The notes under the pieces are model-generated. The model saw only the letters and a program-made list of their open reading frames with translations. It ran no database searches and was not told the origin of the DNA. From assembly GCA_964234715.1 (NCBI GenBank), contig OZ174281.1: a stretch of 64,000 nucleotides of DNA. One strand, given 5' to 3'. The position numbers and the translations under genes are program-made. This document shows, in pieces, positions 51,453 through 61,777 of this stretch; position 1 is the first letter of the stretch; each line of letters starts with the position of its first letter. This DNA is from Podarcis melisellensis. Lineage: Eukaryota.

Positions 51453-53903
51453 CTCGTTTGGCTCTTGGGAAAGGCTGTAGGCCAGAAGTGTGCCTGTGCT
51501 GTTGATATCCTGCTGAGTGACTGGTGTAGCTATCCTGAAATTCCTCCCTTCTGAAAAGTGGGTCTGGCCAGGCCTTAGGAGGGTAAAAGGAGAAACAACA
51601 TCTCCCCCAATGAAGGCTGTAGGGAATTCCATTTTTTCCTCCTGGCTCAAGCGTACTGAGAACGTGTCAAAGTGTCCTCCCACAGGAATAGAGTTCCTAC
51701 CCTTCAGGTCGCTGGTCCAACCCACATCTGAGTGTCTTCCTTTCAATCTTTTAAGACACTTCATAGCTAAAAACACAAAGGCTAGAGCAGAAAGTCCTGA
51801 GATTGTGATTAGAGCAATAATGAGTTGCAAGGTCAGGTGAGATAACCCTTCTTGTTCCATGCTGGACTCTCTGAGGTCTGCTGTGCCCAACTCATGCTCA
51901 TGCTCTAGATTAAGAATCAGAGTGGCTGTGGCAGACAGAGGTGGCTTCCCATTGTCCAAGATCTCAACAACCAACTCTTGGGAAGGGGCGTCTTGTTCCA
52001 GGAGGGCTCGGACGGTTCGGATCTCTCCTGTGAACGCCGAGACTTGGAAAAGGCTTGGGTCTGTGGCTTGCTGCAACTTATAAGAAACCCATGCATTCTG
52101 CCCAGAGTCTGCATCCACAGCTGTGACTTTGGTTACCAGGTAACCTCCTTGTGCAGAAAAAGGGACTGGCTGCTGGGCTAGGACCCCCTTCTTGGTTACA
52201 GGGTATACAACGAGAGGAGCATTATCATTCTGGTCTATGATGAAGATGGAGACAGTCACGTTGGCACAGAGTGGAGGAGAACCATTATCCTTAGCTTGAA
52301 TCTGGAAAACCAGTTGCTGGGTTTGCTCATAGTCAAATGAGCAGCCACTGTAGACAGTACCGTTCTCCATAACATAGACATAGGAGGAAATGGGCATTCC
52401 ATTTATGATATGCTCCACTAACGAATAAGACAGGTGTGAGTTCTGCCCCAGATCAGGGTCAAAGGCAGATATAGAAATGATTGGCAGCCCCAGAGCATTG
52501 TTCTCAGTTACGAGGGTCTCATATGCAGGCTGTGAGAAGTGGGGTGGGTTATCGTTCAGGTCAGATATATTTACAAGGAAGTTTCTTTGACTGGAGAGAG
52601 GTGGAGAACCAGAATCCGTAGCTGTGATCATAACTTTGTACTGTGAGATTTCCTCCCGATCTAGGGGGCCACTGGTGATCAAAGAGTAGTGGTTCTTAAA
52701 GGAAGGTACAATCTGGAAGGGGACATCTGCAGGGAGATGAAGCTGTACTTCTCCATTTTCCCCAGAATCTGCATCGCTGACTCTGAGGAGCCCTGCTGTG
52801 GTACCTGGGGGAGCATCTTCTGGTATGGTGGTGGTGAGGGAAGTGAACCTAATGATAGGCTCATTGTCATTCACATCCACTACCTCCACTAAGATGTTGC
52901 AGTGTGCATCCATGGAAGGTGACCCTCGGTCTTTGGCCCTCACATCAATTTCATACAATGTGTCATCTTCATAATCCACACTTCCCAGGACTCTTATCTC
53001 CCCAGTCTCCTCATTAAGGCTGAACATTTTCCGGATTTTCTGTGGAGTGTGGCTGCTGAAGGAGTAGGAAACTTTCCCATTTGCCCCCTCATCATTGTCT
53101 GTAGCTTGTAAATGTATCACAAGGGCCCCCACTGGGGCATTTTCTAGTAGGCTAACTTTGTACACCGACTGGTTAAAGACAGGTGGATTGTCATTGGCAT
53201 CTACGACTGACACGAGGATCTTTGCTGTCCCGGATTTGGCAGGAACTCCTCCATCCAGGGCTGTAATCACCAGGGGGTAGCGCTGCTGCTGTTCTCTATC
53301 CAGCGCCTTCTCTAACACCAGCTCAGGTTTGCTGCCGCCTTTATGTGACTTAACACTGAGGCTGAATTGTCCACGTGGACTCAGCTGGTAGGTGCTGACT
53401 GAATTCATGCCAATGTCCAAATCTTCAGCACTTTCCAGGGGGAAGCGGGCCCCCGGCATTGCAGACTCTGCTATCTCCAAATGGGTGAGACTGGTAAGAA
53501 AAACTGGGTCGTTGTCATTCACATCCAAGAGCTCAACTTCCACACGATGGGAGGCTGTTGGGTTTGCAAGTAGGAGCTCCAGATAGAGCAGGCAGTGTAA
53601 GCTGGGCCCACAAAGCTGCTCTCGGTCCAGCCGTTCTTTCACGACCAAGACACCATTTGGCACCTTGGCTTCGAAGTACTTTTCAGCAGAGCCAGCCATG
53701 ATCTGCAGCTGTCGGGAGACCACCCGGGCAGCATCTAGACCCAAGTCTTTAGCCACATCCCCAACAAAGGCCCCAGGAGCTAACTCCTCAGGAATTGAAT
53801 AACGGAGCTGGGTCATCTCTCCAGCACACTGGAGAGAGACAGAAACCAAAAGCAAAGCTCTTACTTGCCATGGCAGGAGTAGTCTTTCTTCCAGAGACAG
53901 CAT
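51453..53903 (-). CDS. C-type protocadherin gamma variable exon, gamma-C4-related (817 codons)
   Basis: ATG at 53903 gives a signal peptide (MLSLEERLLLPWQVRALLLVSVSLQCAG), then six cadherin repeats and a TM. Donor GAG|GTGAGG at 51453/51452, phase 0. The C-terminal half has C4-like marks (NAWVSY, FDYEQTQ, DLRESS) but EC1 is unlike human C4, so orthology is uncertain and no symbol is given. Confidence 0.9.
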
Positions 53904-54599
53904 AATGTCGCCAAAATTTCCTCTTCCTTTGCTGGACTTCTGTCCTCTCTGATTCCAGCACAGCCAAGGAAACAACACAGAATCCCGGGTTAGATCGCGC
54001 AAGGGATGAGAAAGCGGCGCACCATCTGCATCTTTTCTCTGTTTTTCTTCCACAGAAAACAGCGGCGGTGCCTAGTCCGTATCGGAATCAAGAGGGGAGG
54101 AGCTTTGTTGTCCATCAAAGCAGATACAGGGCTCCTGGAATCAAGGACGCGCCTGGCTGTTTGCAATGGACCACCCATTCTCCCCCTCCCCAGCTCCAGC
54201 AATGGTGTGGGGGAGGTCTTAAAGCGCCAGTGCAAATGTTGAAGAAGAGCTGGGAGCCCATTCGCCAGCTGTCAGTGACTGGATTTCCCAAGATAATTAT
54301 ATGAACAATAAATCCTATGTCATTACAAGCTTTTGAATTCATTAATGAATGTCACAAGCATTTAAATTCAATAATGAACACTCTTTGTTTGGAATGGTTG
54401 GGGTTATAAGCTAAACCAGCAAACTGCAGATTTTGCAGATTTTTTAAAAAACAGAATGCAACAAACACCAGTGGCTGCACAATTAAGTGATATACTGCCA
54501 TTTGCTGGATATAAGATCACGTTAAAAGACCCATTGATTGTCTGCCTGAATTTCCTTTAAATGAATGGCATTCAATAACCGATGCAGGAGAGCTCTTCA

Positions 54600-56230
54600 A
54601 AGCTCATTCCCACTATGGCCTTTGTTCTCCAAATGGAGTATACTAAGAGTCTCTCCATATTTCCTTTCCTAAATTTCAGGAGTTTTGCAGCCAGTGCACA
54701 AAACAGAATAAACCATGACATCACAAAGGAATTTTTTAAGCCTCTGGAGTCAAAGGTTAGGAGGAGCAAGGTTAAAAAGAGTTTTATGAGCAAGAACCTG
54801 GTCCCTGAGGTTCCCAACAAACAGCTTCCATAGTGGAGACAACATAATAGTTAGGGAAGGGGTCAGGTCAATGAGATTCATGGACTTCCTGGAAAAGATG
54901 AAAGAAATCTATGAATAGAAGTACTTTCTCTCCCCTAAAGGTAGACAATGCCTTCTGAATGTTGTCATGGTGGACTTCAGTGAAGAGGTAGATGAGGCAC
55001 ACTGCTGTTGAAAAAGTGGTGTCCTCTGTCTTATGTGCATTAGAAGCACCTGGATTTGCTCCTAGTGGCATCATGTGTGGATGAGAAGCTGGGCACCTCC
55101 CGTGTGTGAGATTTCACAGTAGAAATGAAACAGACAGAATGTATTTACGGTGATGGTTCTTCTCCAGGAGTACTGTGCAGATAATATAGGGCAATGATCA
55201 CAGGTTGTTCGTATTGCATTTGTTATTCTGTTAGCTAGATTGGTCTTCACTGTCCAGAGGAGTATTTGTGACTAAAACCTGGTTTTGAAACACGGCCCAT
55301 GGCTTTAAACGCAGGCATCTGAGAATACTGGCAATCACTGCTGCTCCACTGCCTCTGGAGTGAGCTGCTTGCTATGTGCAGAGACATGCTCTCTGGCATG
55401 GACAAAGTTTGTTTTGACCAAGGTACAATCTTTTGGGTATTTGGGGACATAAAAAATGTGCACCACCATATATTCCATGGCAAAGACGTCCACCTCATTT
55501 TAACATTAAACTTATAGCTTCTATTTTATAGGCAAGCCTCCTTTTCACCACAGCTGTGACTTCCCAATAGTCACATAATGCTGCATTGGGTGGAGTCCCC
55601 CTATATACGGAATTGCCATACTAAGTAAGGTGTTGCTCCAATATAGAGCCTTCAGGACCAAGCAATGCTCAACTGCCTTAATTCCCGGTCAATGTTTTTC
55701 AAAGAAGCAAGTTCAGATCTCTTCACATCAACAGACAAGAAAGTCTTAACAAGTAAGTGATGACGGAACTGCTGCTTGTTCTACTAACCAAGGAATGTTA
55801 ATTTCTCTGATTCTAAATATCTCTCTGTGTCACAGGCCCTGGAGAGGGTAGGAATCATCAACACCTGCATTTCCCACTTCTGCCTGATACATTTCCATGG
55901 ATCTTTTTACATCCATCTTGACTCCATGAAGGAGCTTGACTCACATGTACACAGGGACTCACAGTTTACAGGTTCCTTTCAAAGCAGTAAAAATCTATTT
56001 CCACAGTTATCATCTCACTAATCAACTATTATATAGCAGTTGTTTGGGGATGCAATTTCCCGTTCTTTGCTATGATTTCTATGTAACCTAAACTCACCCT
56101 TCTAGTCCACTTGGACTAGTGATGGTCAGGGATTGGCACAGTGCCTGGGCAGAGAGCACAGAACAATTAGCAGCATCCACAAAACTCTTGCAGGGTGGAA
56201 GCACCTTGAGATTCTGGACTCAGGCTACAT
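54600..56230 (-). pseudogene. Decayed protocadherin gamma-C4-like variable exon (relic C)
   Basis: Collinear fragments with stops and frameshifts: RVLWMLLIVLCSL (signal-like); KEPVNCESLC (55949-55978); MEMYQAEV (55875-55898); VDVKRSEL...IDRE...HCLVLKAL; AVFQNQVLVTNTPLDSEDQSS* (55231-55296); TVKSHTREV; DLTPSLTIML; FCALAAKLL. Boundaries approximate. Confidence 0.75.
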
Positions 56231-56799
56231 CAAGAACAATTTTCTTCAGCTCAAGAGTTTGTATTTGTATATTACAACACCAAAAAATCACAATATCAAA
56301 TACATTCCTTGACTTACTGATTCTGCCTTTTCTAATGCCTGAGGATACACATTAAAAAAACTTAAGGATACTATTCTTTATAATGAATGTTCTTATCTTG
56401 ATAATACCAATGTCTTTATACACTCTTGCTTATCTTGAATTCACCTGCACATAACTTTCAACTTTGCAATCCTATTTATTTTCAGAATCCATTTAGTCAC
56501 AAATAGCACACATACTGTACAAATATTTCTAACTAGTTATACACAGTCTTGGTTCACAGAGCTACGAACGCTGCATACCAAGCTAAGTGGCTTTGAAAGA
56601 TGCAAAGCCACTTGGCTTGGTTTAACTAACACATGTGAACTTAACACACATAACTACATGACACTGTGCTAAACTTCACAGGAAACAGTATTTGATGAGA
56701 AGCAATTCAAATCAGTTCCTAATGCACACTTGTGCCATTTAACTTTAATGAAATCACAATAAATATTTGGTGCACAGGAAAACATTTCAACAATGGAAA

Positions 56800-58750
56800 T
56801 GGGAGACCTTGTAATTAGGATTTGAGAGGAGTGGGGAGACTGATATCTCACTTCAAAATCTGAAATGTGATTGAGTTAGATTGCTTTAGACTTTTTGGAC
56901 AGTCAATGACTATTTTCTAGGTTCAAGATTGTAGACAAGCAAGCAAGAGGGAAATTTTAAATGTTAGGGGTCAACATACAGTAAGTTTCATTACATTCAC
57001 TCATCCCCCTACACTAAACTCATTTGTGAAAGGCACCATAAGATCTTGAGTGGGGTCTCTGGGCAGGGATTGTGTATGTTTATTGCTGTCAAATCTCATC
57101 CAGTGGCAGATGGCTAGACAGCGTGGTGTTAGCCAGCTCTTTCCACTCTTTGTCTTCCATTATCTTTACAGAAAAATAAATATGGTTACTTTCTTGCATT
57201 GCTCTAGATTAGATGATAAAGTTTCTGATCTTGGATTCTCCTGTGTTGCTTTGGCTGCATATATGCTCATCTTAATTTTCAAAGTGAGATTTCTTCTTTC
57301 TAATCTCAGCGTCCTATAATTTAGGGATACTTCTTACAAACTAGAAGACCAGTGTGTTTGGCAATAAACCCCACAGCATATGAAGCTGTCGCTTGCATTT
57401 ATTTCAGTGCACAAAGCGCAGCAGGTTCTGGCCCCTTGCAACATATTTTCAAGCACATATGATTTTAATAAGTACAGCCTCCTCAACTGAAAATGTAATG
57501 GACACACTAAATGTTCACATTGTTTCAGTAATACGTGAAGGAGCCCTGATTATATTTGGTGAGAGTCTGCCCTGGTTTTGCATATTTTAGAGCCAGATGG
57601 CCTACTAATGAAAAGCCTCTAACTTTTGTTAAAACACTAAAGAAACTAATGGTTCTGCCTGTACAGATTAAGTGTGGGATCTGGTGCAGCTTTAAGAGTA
57701 CATCAGCTTAGGATCATCATATTGTGCTGGAATTGCTGATGCCTATTGACAGGACACACACGGACACACAAACACACCTCTCTTCCGCTGTCTCTGTTGC
57801 CCGCCCTGTTTTTCTGATCATAGTCATTTTCTTAACAATCTCCCAGACTATGTAATTTTGGGTAGGAAAACGTAGCTAAAACAATTTCCAAGGATCTCAG
57901 GGTTCACATGTCAACCATTTCAAGCAAAGCAACATGTATGGCAGTTAAGAAAGCCTAATTATGAATTGATAACAGCAATGCAACCCTTTTGGCATCAGAA
58001 TAGTAATAATAAACAATAATAATTTAAATCTCAACAACAAATTAAAAGTACAGATGAAATCACTAATCAGTTATCAATGAATTAACATCATCATCATCAT
58101 TATTACATTTATAAGGCTGCCTTCTAGCAGTTTTCTGGGTGGCTCACAAACCAAACCAAGCAGAATATAGCATATTAAAAACCTATGATGAATTAATTAA
58201 AAGTTGCACAATTTAAATCTCAAGGTATAAAATAAAAGCAAGCTACATACAAAATATCAATTACTGTTATGAATGTGTACATATATTTCCCACACAGCTG
58301 AAAGGTTAGATACCACATTGCTCTAAAACATGTTCGGATATCAGATGCCAAATACTAAATGCCAAATTAACCAGGTACAAAGTCTCAAAACCAGTTCACT
58401 GAAATGATGGCTCCGAAAGCTATTCACAAACTATCAGGGGTGAAACTGGCCTGGAGCCAGACTCTTTCTGGCAACCTCTGCTTCACCCTTGCAATCTCTG
58501 GGCTTCCTGGTCCTTCTTCCAGCGCCCTCTCCACATAAAGCTGCAGTTTATCGCTGTACCCTAAAACAACTTCCTGCCTATAGCATCTAATTGTGTAGCA
58601 GAATGCACCCTGAGCATGTATCTACACTGCAGATTCAAACTGGTGCAGCAATCATTCCCAAGGAATTTTATAGGAATTATAGGAATTGTGCTTCTGGCTC
58701 AGTTCTCAATGAGGTTGTACACCTGAGTCTGGGCTGTACCACTTCAGACT
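56800..58750 (-). pseudogene. Highly decayed protocadherin variable-exon relic B
   Basis: Collinear minus-strand fragments: AALCG; EAEV..SLAPGQ; PD/VNSFRSHHFSELVL (58386-58427); WHLVF; YVLENMLQGA (57430-57459); SLNYRTL; TLSSN..VTIFIF; TQSLPR. Manual alignment only. Confidence 0.5.
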
Positions 58751-59847
58751 GCAGGTGGGGACTCAAGATGGCTGTATGCTCCTCCATGCCAGCCACCCCA
58801 CGGTTAGGATCCTTCTTCCTTCCTAGCTTTGACAGAGCTCTGAATTCTTTGTACGCAGGAACATTCAAAAATGTGGGTTTCATCTGCAATCTGAAATGGT
58901 ACAGCCTAGAAACAGATTAACCATCTTGGTGAGAACTGGGCCTCTGTGAGGAAATCTTAGAAACAAGACACACAACGTGCTCTCTTCAGAGTTAAAATGT
59001 TCATGAATATTTCAAAGGAAACTAGCATGTACATACAATCCCAGCAATTAACATATTCACTGCCAGCCTTCTGCTGTTACACAATAACAAGATAAAATGA
59101 GTGTCACACGAGTGCTACCTAATGTTATCAGTGATCAGAATATGAGAGGAGCCTGGGAAGGAAGGGAATTTGATGCCTCCTGGGCAGTTTGCCTATGCCT
59201 GGTATTTTAGGGGGAAAGACTATTGGACAGAATGGGGATGGGGTGCAAGACAACAACATTTAAGTCAAGCTGAAAGTAGCCTGCCACTTGTGATTCCCAA
59301 AAGAAAGCTGAAGCCTGAAACTTTAGGTAAAACCTTGAGACTAAGAAACCCCAAAGCACAATAGCTTTGTGCAGCTGGTGGAAGAGTCAGGAAAAAGCTT
59401 ACCTATGTAGGTGTTGACCGGTGTGCTTTGTAGGCATTGTGAGAAAGAACCTGGCTATTGTTGTTGTTATTACTCCTCCTTCTCCTCTCTACACAGTAGC
59501 TTTTCTGGATTGCAGGCAAAATCTCCAATTAATATTCACTTTCATACAATAACATATTGCATTATCTTTTCACTTATTGACTTTTGATATGAACTCTATG
59601 ATGGGGCTGCCTATGTTTTACTGGACATCCAACAGGGAACACATTATCTCTACTATCTCCCACCTGATCAGGGACAACATGGGGGGGGGAGCTGAGCCCC
59701 TCCAATTAAGCAGGGGACTGGGCCCCCTCAATTTTATGCAGCCTGCAAGCCATCAGAAGGCAATCCTGTATAGGGAAGGGAAGTTTTTTATATATGTTGG
59801 AAGCTGCCCAGAGTGGCTGGGGCAACTCAGTAAGATGTGTGGATATA

Positions 59848-60106
59848 CCGTATTTTTCGCTCTATAAGATGCACCAGACCACAAGATGCACCTAGTTTTT
59901 TGGGGAGGAAAACAAGAAACAAAATATTTTGAATCTCAGAAGCCAGAACAGCAAGAGGGATCTCTGCGCAGTAAAAGCAGCAATCCCTCTTGCTGTTCTG
60001 GCTTCTGGGATAGCTGCGCAGCCTGCATTCGCTCCATAAGACACACACACATTTTCCCTTACTTTTTAGGAGGGAAAAAGTGAGTCTTATAGAGCAAAAA
60101 ATATGG
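59848..60106. mobile_element. Tc2/pogo-like MITE
   Basis: TA-CCGTATTTTTCGCTCTATAAGA...TCTTATAGAGCAAAAAATATGG-TA. Confidence 0.8.
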
Positions 60107-60549
60107 TAAATAGTAAAATTATCATTATGGAATGGGACGTCCCTATTTTCATTGGAGAAATGTTCGTATGACAGAATGCCCAAGCCTCTTTGCAAACTTT
60201 TCACATTTTGCACTTGCTATAGGGTGGGGTATTCTTTAACATCTAGCCACACTTATTGTGTAATAATATTTACAGAAAATAACTTATAGTGAGTACCTGA
60301 TCTTAGACAACTCACCACAGGAAAGATGCATCCTGTTTTGTAGAAAGAACAGATTGGCTAAATAACAGAAATTCCAAGGACTGCAGGGCAGAAAAGTGCA
60401 CTGGATGGAAGAGGGAAATGGCAGCTCTTTAAGACACCAGTTATTCTATAGCCTTGTGTCCAAACAACTTACTCATCAACCACAGCTCTGACGTCACTCA
60501 TTTGCTAAAAACACTGAAAGGGGGGGGGGATAGCTGGGCTGGCTCACTC

Positions 60550-61350
60550 ACTTAGAAGGGTACTCACACATTTTGCTTGATAACTTCATTTCTAGAAGGG
60601 CTAGGCTCTTACATTTTTAAAATGAAAACTCAAAGTCTGGGTCCTCTGACAAGCAGAGGCCCCAGAGCAATATCCGCAACCACCTTGATTTCTTAAAATA
60701 AAAAGCATAGGGCCCTTCATTGGGAACAGAAGCATCAAACCAGGTGGCAACAGCTGGCACCTTCTCCAACGGTCCCAGGGCCTCTGGGCCTCACTTCAAC
60801 ATAGTGGTGCTATATTGGGGCCCAGAAGCACTGAGGGGAAATGAAAACGGCATTTTTCAGCATCAGGGCAAGGGAGCACCATCTCTCCTCACCACCCCCA
60901 TGCTGCTGCCCATCCTTGCCTCCACCTGCTGCGGCCTCCAGGTAAACTAATTTGGGGGTGCACACCTGGTGGCTGGTCCTGTGTGTAGGCCTCCTTCTGA
61001 AAGGCATCCATGCTCAGGCTCTTTCCCAGAAGTCTCTTTCGTATAGAAGAGCATCTTCCCTGGAAGGCTGCTGCCATTGCTTCCATAGAAAGTGCCATTT
61101 CCCCCTACCAAATTAGTCTGAATGAGAAGTCATCAGAGCCCTGTTCTAATGTCTCTTCTTCTGCTACTCCTACTCCTACTCATGTTTAGCTACATAGAGA
61201 ATTGGTTCAATTCCACCATACACATAAGGAAAAGGAATAAGTCTTACATTTCCACCCCATCATAGATGAATATCAAACAGATATACTTCAGAGACTAGGC
61301 CCCCAAGGAAATGTTGAAGGTGATGTCCCTTTAGCGTCTTGAAGAAGCAC
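60550..61350 (-). pseudogene. Highly decayed protocadherin variable-exon relic A (core; may extend to ~59300)
   Basis: Collinear fragments: AEEETLE..DDFS; PKLVYLE; SVLLGPNIAP; LEKVPAVATWFDASVPNEGP (60710-60769; cf. LENVP.GT.V..LNA.D.DEGP); SGA/LLVRGP/DFE (60629-60666). Confidence 0.45.
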
Positions 61351-61777
61351 CCAAGCCAAAAGGCCTCCCAACACATATCCAACCCATTATTTACAAAGCA
61401 TTACTGTTTCCTTGCGTATGATTTTTCGTAAAACATAAACTTACTGAGAGCTATCATTCTTCAGAGGCAATGACTATGCAACCCAACAACAGCTGACCAC
61501 ATTGATCTGACCCAGACCAGAAAGAACAAACCACCCAACGCCATGTAATGTAGGAAGGAACCAACCCATGCACAAGAGTTAAACAGGCGGGGCTCTTAAT
61601 CATGCTATTAAATAACACAGCACTAGATGGAGACAGAAAACAGGAAAAAGAATGTGTTCTACAGGAACTACCCTGTTTCCGGGTAGAAAGACATTGAGTG
61701 GTCTGCCTTTAAGTCAACTTAAGCTCAGAGCTGGGATTTCCCAACTTTGCTGGAGAAGGACAACAAGCATACATTAC

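Noticed and set aside
53904-54053. N-terminal extensions given by the ORF track (also 46354-46368 and 43051-43071)
   Set aside because: They start at GTG/TTG; the downstream ATGs directly precede proper signal peptides.
54060-54080. CGCT-box/CSE-like CCGCCGCTGTT upstream of the C4-like exon (similar CGTCGCT near 50136)
   Set aside because: Position fits a CSE, but the 5' half does not match the CTCF motif.
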